Below, one piece after another: positions 39,677 through 48,363 of a DNA stretch of 64,000 bases. This DNA is from Candidatus Staskawiczbacteria bacterium. Its GTDB lineage: Bacteria; Patescibacteriota; Minisyncoccia; Minisyncoccales; Staskawiczbacteraceae. The stretch is taken from positions 66,518-130,517 of the forward strand of contig JAPLYZ010000007.1 of assembly GCA_026395295.1 (NCBI GenBank), written 5' to 3'. Within the stretch, counting starts at the first letter, position 1. The number at the start of each line of letters is the position of its first letter. The translations under genes were made by a program, and so were the position numbers. The notes below the pieces were generated by a model, which was not told the DNA's origin, searched no databases, and saw only the letters and a program-made list of their open reading frames with translations.

Positions 39677-39680
39677 TTTA

Positions 39681-41378
39681 TTACATTCTATTCAAAGTTT
39701 TCATCCCCAACAGCCATAAACCGTTTTCCATAATCCGAGTAAATGCGATGGTCAGCGCCACCCTATAAGGCGATGTCTCTTTTTCGTCAACAATTTTATT
39801 CTCCGCATAATAAGTATTAAATGTTGCGGCAAGTTCCGTCAGGTACAGCGAAACATAGTGAGGCTCATAACTTTTACCGGCTTGTACCACAATATCTGGG
39901 AAATAGCACATTATTTTTTCCAACTGAGTAATTTTTTCCGGCGCATTCTTAAAGGATGCTTTTAGCCCCTGTTCTTTGGCTTTCCTTAAAACCGACTTCG
40001 CCCTCGCATATGAGTATTGTAGGTAAGGACCCGAATCGCCCTCAAAAGAAATTGAATGTTCAAAATTAAAAATAATATCGTGTCCTATCGTCTGTTTTAA
40101 AATTGAATACTTTATGGCGCCTATAGCAACATCTTCAATAATTTCTTTTTTTTCTTTTTCTGACAATTCTCTGTCTTTTATTTTTTCTCTTACCAATTCT
40201 TCAACTTTTTCTATTAAAGATTCTCCGGTTATAACTTTCCCCGTGCGAGATGACATCTTTCCTTCGGGCAGCCTCAACATTCCATGACCGATATGTTTTG
40301 TTTTCTCTGCGAGCTTTGGTAAAACTTTATCCATTGCACAAAGCATCACCTTGAAATAATCATTCACCTCATTTCCGGTGACAATCACCGATTTGTCATA
40401 AGCATATTTTTCATACTTTATTTTCGCCAATCCCAAATCTTTTGCCTCGTACGTGGGTAAGCCATCCGAATTGATAAACACCCTTGTGTGTAAACCATAT
40501 TTTTCACCTTTAAAAATAATCGCTCCATTCTCTCCCTTCTCAAAAATTCCATCTTTTAACCCTTTCTCAACGATTTTTTTACCCAAATCGGCGACCTGGC
40601 TCTCAAAGATGAAATAGTCAAATTCTGTTCCGAGTTTTTTATAAATCTCGTTAAAATACTTTAGACTTACTTTTTTGCCTTCGTTATAAAGTTTATTTAT
40701 ATTTTTATCGCTCTTCTCAAATATTTTTTTATTTAATTCTGTTATTTCTTTCTTGGATATATCACTACTTTCGTATGCTTCAGAACCAAATCTATATGCT
40801 GTCCCCCAGATATGAACCATATCTGTCAGAGTGTCATTCTTTCTAATAAAATGACTGTTTTTTTCCATTTGTATCGCACCCCAAACCGCTTTTGCAATGC
40901 TAATTCCCACGTCTGACTGATAACAAGCTCTCTTTACTTTGGCTCCCTGAAATTCAAAGATACGAGATAATGATTCGCCGATAGCATTGCTCATCAGGTG
41001 TCCGATATGGAACTCTTTCAGTATGTTCGGGTCCGTGTAATCAATAATAATTTTTTTACTCTTTAATTCGTTTCCTTTACCAAAATCTTCATCTATATTT
41101 TTCAAATTCTCTATAAAAACTTTATCAGAAACAAAAAAATTAATGAAACCATTCGCCACTTCAATCTTCTCAAAAAAATCTTGCTTGCCAATCTTTTCTT
41201 TTATTGAATTGGCGACCTCAGAGGGATTCTTTCCTAATTTCTTAGCCAAAATCAGCGCGACATTTGTTGAGTAATCGCCATTTCTTTTGTCGCTGGGAAC
41301 TTCAACTGAAAAATCGCTGACTTCATTAAAGTCCTTAACAACCTCCTTAATTAAATTTATTATTTTTGCTTTTAACAT
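39681..41378 (-). CDS. argS: arginyl-tRNA synthetase
   Basis: HIGH-region HIGHLMSNAIG, catalytic core, DALR anticodon-binding C-terminus. Confidence 0.9.
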   Translation of the reverse strand: MLKAKIINLIKEVVKDFNEVSDFSVEVPSDKRNGDYSTNVALILAKKLGKNPSEVANSIKEKIGKQDFFEKIEVANGFINFFVSDKVFIENLKNIDEDFGKGNELKSKKIIIDYTDPNILKEFHIGHLMSNAIGESLSRIFEFQGAKVKRACYQSDVGISIAKAVWGAIQMEKNSHFIRKNDTLTDMVHIWGTAYRFGSEAYESSDISKKEITELNKKIFEKSDKNINKLYNEGKKVSLKYFNEIYKKLGTEFDYFIFESQVADLGKKIVEKGLKDGIFEKGENGAIIFKGEKYGLHTRVFINSDGLPTYEAKDLGLAKIKYEKYAYDKSVIVTGNEVNDYFKVMLCAMDKVLPKLAEKTKHIGHGMLRLPEGKMSSRTGKVITGESLIEKVEELVREKIKDRELSEKEKKEIIEDVAIGAIKYSILKQTIGHDIIFNFEHSISFEGDSGPYLQYSYARAKSVLRKAKEQGLKASFKNAPEKITQLEKIMCYFPDIVVQAGKSYEPHYVSLYLTELAATFNTYYAENKIVDEKETSPYRVALTIAFTRIMENGLWLLGMKTLNRM

Positions 41379-42131
41379 TTAGCTAATTACTGTGCCTATA
41401 AACGGCTTGTTATTTAAAAAATCTTCTAACCGCTCTAAATTTTTACCATTAATCATTATGACTTTTAGTTTTAACTGAGCCGCCAATTTTGAAGCTTTTG
41501 GGTCAAACGGCATTGAAAGGCCTGGTATCCATTTATCGCCCACAATTCTTTCAAAATTTTTCCAATCAATATCTTTTAGGGGCTTAGCATCGGGAAATTG
41601 AAGTGGATTCTTGTCATACACATAATCAACATTTGTAAGGTTAATTATGGTTTTTAATCCGTAATTTTTGGCTGTTAAAACAGAAACGTAATCGGTTGAC
41701 CAGCCGGGCTTGTATCCTGCGCCAACTATAATTTCCTTGGTGGTTTTTATTTTCTTTTTCGGGTCTGTAACAATTTTAGGATAAGAATAGCCGGAAAATA
41801 ACTGTTTTACAACTTCTGCGTTTAATTTTGTAACATCAATTCCAATCCAATCTCTTTCATTAGACTTTGCGCCAAATTCCAAAAGAGCTTTTTGATATGC
41901 TCTCGCAATTTTCCCTCCACCAACCAAGACAAAGAATTGTCTTGCCCTGAGCGGAGTCGAAGGGCTATCCCCGATATATTTACTAAGAGAGTGCCGGAAA
42001 TTCTTCAAAAATCCTAAATCAATCTCATCTGGCGCCACCAACGACCCTCCCAAAGATATAATTATTGTTTCCCTCGCCCCGCGAAGCGGGGTACCCTTTG
42101 GGTCGGAAGTGGGGTTTTTTACATTATCCAT
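41379..42131 (-). CDS. pyrH: UMP kinase, archaeal-type (amino-acid kinase family)
   Basis: IIISLGGSLV, VLVGGGKIAR, LTNVDYVYDKNP match archaeal-type PyrH. Extra in-frame segment DSPSTPLRARQ relative to homologues. Confidence 0.65.
   Translation of the reverse strand: MDNVKNPTSDPKGTPLRGARETIIISLGGSLVAPDEIDLGFLKNFRHSLSKYIGDSPSTPLRARQFFVLVGGGKIARAYQKALLEFGAKSNERDWIGIDVTKLNAEVVKQLFSGYSYPKIVTDPKKKIKTTKEIIVGAGYKPGWSTDYVSVLTAKNYGLKTIINLTNVDYVYDKNPLQFPDAKPLKDIDWKNFERIVGDKWIPGLSMPFDPKASKLAAQLKLKVIMINGKNLERLEDFLNNKPFIGTVIS
41945..41965. repeat. intragenic 21-nt element (CCCTGAGC-GGA-GTCGAAGGG) in pyrH, encoding SPSTPLRARQ
   Basis: Shares the TTGTCTTGC upstream flank with the polX copy. Confidence 0.65.
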
Positions 42132-42191
42132 AATAAAATTTTAGCACATATCCGCATAAAATTAAAGTTTTTGTCTTCCATTCGATTAATT

Positions 42192-42250
42192 CAAACTATC
42201 AACCTCGTGTCAGGTTAACATTATGTTAACCTGAATTAATTTGATAGTGG
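42192..42250. promoter_or_regulatory. nested palindromes in the pyrH-argS upstream region
   Basis: CAGGTTAACATTATGTTAACCTG flanked by CAAACTATCAA / TTGATAGTG. A further palindrome TTTTTTCACGTGGCGTGAAAAAA lies at 42307-42329. Confidence 0.4.
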
Positions 42251-42442
42251 TAAGATTTTTGTCGTTCGGCAAAAAACCTACCATTATCTTTTTCGTTATT
42301 TTCATATTTTTTCACGTGGCGTGAAAAAATACCCATTGTAGTTTCTTCATGTTGTTTGTTCTGTCTAACAAAGCAGTGCGATATCAAAAGGATGACAAAG
42401 CTGAGCCATGCAAAAAAAGAGCACCTACTTAATTTCGGTGCC

Positions 42443-42856
42443 TTACTTGGTAACGGAGGGCATTCCCATGAGGATTAAAATTTCTCGTAACTCCCGTATA
42501 GACTTTTTCCCCATGTTCCGAGCCTTAATCAATTCCATTTCTGTTGTTTCGGCTACATCCTTTACGGTCCAGCACGCGATTCGGTGCAGTGCATTGCGTA
42601 TCCTCGTAGATACGGGCAGGTCGTCGATAGACAGGTCTCCCACTTTTCCGTTCTTAATCGCACGTTGCAATCGACTCATTCGTTCGATAATTAGTTCACC
42701 TTCCCCGATCAATATAGTAACACGCGATTCCGATATGCAAAATCGCTTGCCGATTTTTCCAAGACTCTTACCACTTTTGCGCAACCTTAGAATAGCTTTT
42801 ATCCGTCCATCGGACACCAGATTAATCTTAGCTTCACTGAATCTTATTATTTTCAT
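42443..42856 (-). CDS. putative transcription regulator: sigma-70 region-4-like HTH fused to RNA polymerase alpha C-terminal-domain-like (HhH) domain
   Basis: N-terminal half ILRLRKSGKSLGKIGKRFCISESRVTILI resembles sigma region 4.2. C-terminal half DDLPVSTRIRNALHRIACWTVKDVAETTEMELIKARNMGKKSIRELREIL aligns with the alpha-CTD DDLELTVRSANCLK...LLKTPNLGKKSLTEIK. GC is higher than flanking DNA. Confidence 0.5.
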   Translation of the reverse strand: MKIIRFSEAKINLVSDGRIKAILRLRKSGKSLGKIGKRFCISESRVTILIGEGELIIERMSRLQRAIKNGKVGDLSIDDLPVSTRIRNALHRIACWTVKDVAETTEMELIKARNMGKKSIRELREILILMGMPSVTK

Positions 42857-42958
42857 TCCTATCCTTATTATACAGTTTAAAGTGCTACATAATACATAGC
42901 ATATAAAGAGTACGATGTCAATATTTTCTGAAATGCAAATAAATGATAATCTTAATCA

Positions 42959-43405
42959 ATGAAGATATTTAGTGAAAATAAAAAAGCGGGGTTTGATTAT
43001 GAAGTCCTGGAAAGGTTTGAGGCAGGGCTGGTTTTGTTTGGCCAAGAGGTAAAATCCATAAAAACCGGACATATAAATTTATCTGGAGCTTACGTGAGTT
43101 TGGCGTCAGGCGAGCCTTTTTTGGTGGGGGTAAAAGTGCCTCCCTACCAGCCAAATAATGCCGGAGCCGGCTACAACGACGAACGTCAAAGAAAGCTTCT
43201 TCTAAACAAAAAAGAGATTGATTATTTGCAAGGAAAGACAAAAGTTAAGGGTTTTTCGCTTATACCCTTGAAAGTTTACGAAAAGAGTGGTAGGATAAAG
43301 CTCGAATTCGGATTAGCCCGCGGTAAGAAGAAATTTGATAAAAAAGAGAAAATAAAAAAGAGAGACGTGGAAAGAGAGGTTAATCGCGAATTATCAAGGG
43401 AGTGA
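42959..43405 (+). CDS. smpB: SsrA-binding protein
   Basis: FDYEVLERFEAGLVLFGQEVKS... canonical SmpB sequence. Confidence 0.9.
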   Translation: MKIFSENKKAGFDYEVLERFEAGLVLFGQEVKSIKTGHINLSGAYVSLASGEPFLVGVKVPPYQPNNAGAGYNDERQRKLLLNKKEIDYLQGKTKVKGFSLIPLKVYEKSGRIKLEFGLARGKKKFDKKEKIKKRDVEREVNRELSRE

Positions 43406-43751
43406 ATGTTTCGATGGATAGTTTTTTTGAGTAAGGCAAGTTGAGCTTTCTTGGGGCTCGTTAATATCCGGGAAAAAACATAATTGCTAATTTATTTAAC
43501 TTTAATAAGCAACCAGCGTTAGCTTTCGCTTAATGCTGCATCCTTACCGTTGACTCCTAATAAACGGACCAAGGGTGTTATATTATTAGGATAGGCATTT
43601 CATTTCTCCGGTGACTTGCCGAAACTAAGGAGATAAGGCGTTAAAAATTTTGTTAATTCTTTATTTAACGTTCGAACACCAGAATTAACTAAACTTGTAG
43701 AATTGCTTTCAAAAACTTTTCAGACGCGAGTTCAATCTCGCCACTTCCACA
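43398..43751 (+). ncRNA. ssrA: tmRNA (ssrA)
   Basis: 5' GGGAGUGAAUGUUUCGAUGG resembles the tmRNA 5' end. 3' tRNA-like end GACGCGAGTTCAATCTCGCCACTTCCA, with acceptor GGGAGTG/CACTTCC pairing. Tag ORF 43486-43533 encodes ANLFNFNKQPALAFA*. Overlaps the smpB stop codon. Confidence 0.7.
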
Positions 43752-43782
43752 CTTCGACAAACTCAGTGTAAACCAAAAAACT

Positions 43783-44289
43783 TTGGATAAAATTTTAATC
43801 AACAATTTCATAAGGGCAAAAGAGGTACGGGTTATTTCAGAAACCGGCGAACAGCTGGGAGTTATGAATATCTTTCAAGCAATTGATTTGGCAAAATCAA
43901 AAAGTTTGGACTTAATCCAAGTTACAGAAAAGGTTGAACCGCCAGTTTGCAGGATTGGAAATTACGGAAAATATCTTTATCAGCAACAAAAAAAGGAAAA
44001 GAAAATGACAAAACCCAAGGGCGGAGACTTGAAAGAAATAAGATTAACTTTTAACATTTCACCCCACGACATGGAAGTAAGGGCAAAACAAGCTAAAAAA
44101 TTCTTAGACGATGGCGACAAAGTTAAAATAAATATGTCGCTAAGGGGCAGAGAGAAAGCAATGGGCGGATTTGCCACAGAAAAAGTAAAATTATTTTTAG
44201 GAAATTTAAATTCGTTAATACCAATTAAAACAGAGAGAGAATTAAAACGTGAACCCAGAGGTTTCACAATGATTGTCTCTAAGCAATAA
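43783..44289 (+). CDS. infC: translation initiation factor IF-3
   Basis: INNFIRAKEVRVI...; the C-terminal domain is conserved. Confidence 0.85.
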   Translation: MDKILINNFIRAKEVRVISETGEQLGVMNIFQAIDLAKSKSLDLIQVTEKVEPPVCRIGNYGKYLYQQQKKEKKMTKPKGGDLKEIRLTFNISPHDMEVRAKQAKKFLDDGDKVKINMSLRGREKAMGGFATEKVKLFLGNLNSLIPIKTERELKREPRGFTMIVSKQ

Positions 44290-44290
44290 T

Positions 44291-44479
44291 ATGAATAAGA
44301 CTAAAAAAGCCTTGATAAAAAGGTTCAAAATAACAAAAAACGGCAAAATTTTAAGACGAGCAACCGGCCAAAACCATTATAGATCAAAAAAAACCGGCGA
44401 GCAGAGGAGAAAAGGTCGCAAATGGATACCTCTAGCAAAAAACGAGGCGCAAAAATTAAAAAAGTTTTTAACCAAGTAA
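44291..44479 (+). CDS. rpmI: 50S ribosomal protein L35
   Basis: MNKTKKALIKRFKITKNGKILRR; internal start used. Confidence 0.8.
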   Translation: MNKTKKALIKRFKITKNGKILRRATGQNHYRSKKTGEQRRKGRKWIPLAKNEAQKLKKFLTK

Positions 44480-44480
44480 C

Positions 44481-44834
44481 ATGTCAAGAGTCAAAAGAGC
44501 TGTGCTTGCCCGCAAACACAGAAAAGGCATAATGAAACATGCCAAGGGCTACAGGCAGGCAAGAAAATCAAAATTTAAAGCGGCAAAAGACGCATTAAGA
44601 CATGCGTGGACTTATGCATACAGAGACAGAAAAAATAAAAAGAGAACTTTCAGGAATTTGTGGAATTTGCAGATCAATGCGTTAGCAAGACAAAACGGGA
44701 TCACGTACAGCAGGCTGATGGAGGGCTTAAGAAAGAAAAGCATAGAATTAGACAGAAAAGTTTTGTCTGAATTAGCAAACGATTATCCCGAAGTGTTTAT
44801 AAAAATCGTAGAAGAAGTACGTTCAACCAAATAG
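44481..44834 (+). CDS. rplT: 50S ribosomal protein L20
   Basis: MSRVKRAVLARKHRK...; infC-rpmI-rplT operon order. Confidence 0.9.
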   Translation: MSRVKRAVLARKHRKGIMKHAKGYRQARKSKFKAAKDALRHAWTYAYRDRKNKKRTFRNLWNLQINALARQNGITYSRLMEGLRKKSIELDRKVLSELANDYPEVFIKIVEEVRSTK

Positions 44835-44908
44835 AAAACAAAAAAAGAACCGCTTCCTGAAAAGGGGGCGGTTTTCGTTTGTGTTATATCCATAAATCAC
44901 GCCAAAGT

Positions 44909-45196
44909 TTAGCCTGATGGATACCTTATCGTTGTGAATATTTCAAGGTTCCTGAATGCGCGACTCAGCAGGACCGCTATCTCTGACTCGGTTACTGGGA
45001 AAAAATAGAAACTGGCTGCTGTTGCAGAATATCTTGATCCGCTCCAGCGAAGATGTCGAACAACATCGTGCGCTTCTTTGGTAAACACATAGACCTCCGC
45101 TCCAAACAGGGGCATTATCTTAACAACTAAATCATACCCATTAGACATTGATATCTCGCAATCTCCCCAGACGTTTTTCATTAGAAGAGCTCTCAT
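44909..45196 (-). CDS. hypothetical small protein (compositionally atypical, about 46% GC)
   Basis: 95-aa ORF with no recognised motif; convergent with rplT. Confidence 0.3.
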   Translation of the reverse strand: MRALLMKNVWGDCEISMSNGYDLVVKIMPLFGAEVYVFTKEAHDVVRHLRWSGSRYSATAASFYFFPVTESEIAVLLSRAFRNLEIFTTIRYPSG

Positions 45197-45306
45197 TTTT
45201 GCCTCCTTCTCAAATCAATAGGTGTATCATCATATCTCTTACTATCACATTTTTTGCTCTAAGTAAACAAAAAAACGCCACTGCGTCTATAATTTTTAAT
45301 TGGGCA

Positions 45307-45792
45307 CTATCTTTCAATTTTTATAATGAAATCATTTGCCTCTTTCAATAATTTTTTTGAATTTTTGAACGTTGTTTTCTTAATTGCCTCGGCAATGGGC
45401 AACCATAAAAATCCTGAATGCTCAGAAGAAATTTTAATTTCTTTGGTTTTTGTTTCTGCAGCAAAAAATGCCACCAATTTAAAAACCCATGGAGTTTTCC
45501 CTGCCTTTCTGTCTGCTTCAGAAACATTTTCTTTATATTGTCTGAAAAAATATTTCATATACTTTTTGAAACCCGGAATAAGTTTTAAATCTTTGATGCC
45601 GGTTTCTTCTGCCACCTCTCTTCTTACGGTCTCTTCCTCGGTCTCTTTTCCTTCAATGTGCCCCTTGGGAAACTCCCAATGACCCGACCCGTAATGCAAA
45701 AGTAAAAAATATCTTTTATATTTTTTACCCTGAGCCGAGTCGAAGGGCTCGTCTCTGAAAATTATAGCTCCTGCTGATTTTTCTTTAGGCAT
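45307..45792 (-). CDS. NUDIX hydrolase
   Basis: Nudix box GHWEFPKGHIEGKETEEETVRREVAEETG. Extra in-frame segment DEPFDSAQGKK. Confidence 0.75.
   Translation of the reverse strand: MPKEKSAGAIIFRDEPFDSAQGKKYKRYFLLLHYGSGHWEFPKGHIEGKETEEETVRREVAEETGIKDLKLIPGFKKYMKYFFRQYKENVSEADRKAGKTPWVFKLVAFFAAETKTKEIKISSEHSGFLWLPIAEAIKKTTFKNSKKLLKEANDFIIKIER
45728..45748. repeat. intragenic 21-nt element (CCCTGAGC-CGA-GTCGAAGGG) in NUDIX gene, encoding EPFDSAQG
   Basis: Different reading frame through the element than in the other three copies. Confidence 0.65.
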
Positions 45793-47570
45793 TACTTAAA
45801 AAATTCTAATAATTTTTCTACGGACAACGTGTTTATTATATCTGCTTTTTCTGCCCAGCCACGATGTGCTTGACCAATTCCATATTCCATCAAATTCAAC
45901 TGTTCTTTATTGTGGCTGTCTGTGTTTATTATCATCTTTAATCCATGCGTTTTGGCTCTTCGAATGTTGAAACCATTCAGATCCAATCTCAAGGGCGAGG
46001 AATTAATTTCTAAAATTGTGCCATTTTCCTTGGCAACTTCTAAAATTTTATCAAAATCCATTTGATATTCGTCTCTTTTTCCAATCAGCCTCCCGGTTGG
46101 ATGGCCAAATATATCAACATTACGGTTCTTTATGGCTTTTATTATTCTGGCTGTCATTTTTTTCTTTTCCATTTTCATACCTGAATGCACGCTGGCAATA
46201 ACATAATCTAATTTTTCTAAAATTTCGTCCTTCGCATTAAGCGATCCGTCCAACATTATGTCTGCCTCGCACCCATGCAACACTCTAAATTTCAAATTTT
46301 GTTTTTTAAATTTTGCATTTAGCTCTTCTATTTTTTTATGCTGTTTTAGAATTTCTTTTTCGTCTAGCCCATTGGTCACTCCCAAAAATTTCGTATGGTC
46401 GGAAATTCCCACATATTCATAGCCTAAATCCATTGCCGAACGAACCATTTCTTCAATTGAATCTTTTCCGTCGGAAGCAACCGTGTGGCAGTGCAGGTCG
46501 CCCTTTATATCTTTTTGTTTAATCAAAACAGGCAACGAACCGTTTAAAACAGCTTGAATTTCTCCATCGTCTTCGCGCATTTCCGGAGCTACAAAAGAAA
46601 GTCCAATTGCTTTATAAACATCTTCCTCGGTTGCCCCCGCTATTTGTCTTGCTCGCCCTGAGCCTGTCGAAGGGTTCCCTTCGAAAACTCCGTATTCAGA
46701 AAGTTTTAACCCTTTCTCAATGGCAATTTTCCGCGTGCTAATGTTGTGTTCCTTGGAGCCTGTAAAATATTGTAAAGCCGAGCCAAAACTTTCTCTTTTC
46801 ACCATTCTCAAGTCCACATCAAAGCCAGCTTTAAGCCTTACAGAGCATTTTGTAGAACCTTCTGCCCAAATTTTTTCAACCTCGGGCAAGCTAACAAAAA
46901 AATCAGCTGTTTTTTTAGGATTTTCCGACACCACTAAAATATCGATGTCTCCAATTGTCTCCTTCTGTCGTCTTACCGAGCCGGCAACGCTCACTTCTTT
47001 TATTTCCTTTCTTGCCCTTAAGCTCTCCTCAATAATTTTTACAGTCGGCATAATATCTCCAAGCAAAAACCTGCCTTTACTCCTCTTCAAAAATTCCAAC
47101 CCTTGCAAAATATTCTGCTCTGTTTTTTCTCCAAAACCAAAAAGCGGAGATATTTTATGGGCTTTAGCGGCTTTTCCCAAATCTTTCAAATCTTTAACTC
47201 CCAGTTCCCGATAAAGAACTTTTATTTTTTTAGGACCAAGGCTTTCAACCCTCAACAACTCGTCAACCTTCAGGGGTAACTTTTTTTTGAGCTCTTCCAA
47301 GCTTTTTATTTTTCCGCTTTTTAAATATTCCTCAATAGCTTTGGCAATTCCTTCGCCAACTCCCGGAATTTCTTGCAAACCTTTAATTCCTTTGCTTCTG
47401 TAAATTTCGCCAACATCCTCTTTCCAGTTATCTAAAGATAACGCCACTTTTCTGTAAGCATAGGGCTTAAAATCCACGCCTTCTATTTCCAAATAATCAG
47501 CCATTTCAAAAAATATTTTAGATAATTCCTGATTTTTCACCCCGTTAGAAGTCTTCTTTTTATTTTTCAA
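45792..47570 (-). CDS. polX: DNA polymerase X family protein with C-terminal PHP domain
   Basis: HhH motifs, pol-beta nucleotidyltransferase GSVRRQKETIGDIDILV, PHP domain DLHCHTVASDG. Confidence 0.85.
   Translation of the reverse strand: MKNKKKTSNGVKNQELSKIFFEMADYLEIEGVDFKPYAYRKVALSLDNWKEDVGEIYRSKGIKGLQEIPGVGEGIAKAIEEYLKSGKIKSLEELKKKLPLKVDELLRVESLGPKKIKVLYRELGVKDLKDLGKAAKAHKISPLFGFGEKTEQNILQGLEFLKRSKGRFLLGDIMPTVKIIEESLRARKEIKEVSVAGSVRRQKETIGDIDILVVSENPKKTADFFVSLPEVEKIWAEGSTKCSVRLKAGFDVDLRMVKRESFGSALQYFTGSKEHNISTRKIAIEKGLKLSEYGVFEGNPSTGSGRARQIAGATEEDVYKAIGLSFVAPEMREDDGEIQAVLNGSLPVLIKQKDIKGDLHCHTVASDGKDSIEEMVRSAMDLGYEYVGISDHTKFLGVTNGLDEKEILKQHKKIEELNAKFKKQNLKFRVLHGCEADIMLDGSLNAKDEILEKLDYVIASVHSGMKMEKKKMTARIIKAIKNRNVDIFGHPTGRLIGKRDEYQMDFDKILEVAKENGTILEINSSPLRLDLNGFNIRRAKTHGLKMIINTDSHNKEQLNLMEYGIGQAHRGWAEKADIINTLSVEKLLEFFK
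46656..46685. repeat. intragenic 21-nt element (CCCTGAGC-CT-GTCGAAGGG) in polX, encoding NPSTGSGRARQ
   Basis: This copy is extended into a perfect palindrome TCGAAGGGTTCCCTTCGA. Confidence 0.65.
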
Positions 47571-47634
47571 AAACTTCTGTACTTTTTATTTAATTTTTCC
47601 CCGTCCGACTTCTAACGGGGTTCATTTTTCTAAT

Positions 47635-48279
47635 TTACGGCTCTACAACTGGTTTTTCTCCGGAAAAAATAACGAAATGACCATCTCTGGCAAAAACGTG
47701 CTTCCTTATCGAAAACAATAAAATTGCGGAGACTATCGTGAGCGCACTTACACAAATAAAAAGAGTGTGGAATCCTGCAATAGATACTAAAAGACCGCTC
47801 AGCCCCCCTGCTATGCCAGCCCCTGTGCCAATTGAAGAAGTTTCCATGCCCCATTCAAAAGCTTCTTTCCCTTTATCTATATGACGAGTGAATATGGCCA
47901 ACCAAGAAGGAAGAGTCATAGCCATGCCTGCGGCATAAATAACCTGAAGCAAATAAATGTGCCATGGCACAGTGGCAAAAGTATAACCTATTGGGATCAA
48001 TGATATTATAAACATTCCTATAATCATTGACCAAAAATCATCCTTTTCTCCGTGGTGCTTATCTAGATAAATGGCTATTGGTATTTCAAAAAATGATTTT
48101 GGTATCCAATAAAAAAGAGCAGCTAACCCTGCTATCTCTGCCGCCTGCAAGGGGTTGCCACGAGTGATGTTCTCTAAAATAAAAATTGCGAACACCGGGG
48201 ACAAAAGACCCCACCCTAAATTTATGAAAAGATCGCTTATTATTAGTGTTTTTATAACCTTGTTGATAATTTTTGCCAT
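47635..48279 (-). CDS. MFS-like membrane protein (short, about 6 TM)
   Basis: Hydrophobic 6-TM pattern, MFS-like loop; possibly a truncated transporter. Confidence 0.45.
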   Translation of the reverse strand: MAKIINKVIKTLIISDLFINLGWGLLSPVFAIFILENITRGNPLQAAEIAGLAALFYWIPKSFFEIPIAIYLDKHHGEKDDFWSMIIGMFIISLIPIGYTFATVPWHIYLLQVIYAAGMAMTLPSWLAIFTRHIDKGKEAFEWGMETSSIGTGAGIAGGLSGLLVSIAGFHTLFICVSALTIVSAILLFSIRKHVFARDGHFVIFSGEKPVVEP

Positions 48280-48363
48280 TTTTTTACTTTTAATGTTATT
48301 ACAGCATTATACTATAAAACAATTAAACAAAAAACCCCGAAAAGGGGCTTTGTGCTTGTTTCA

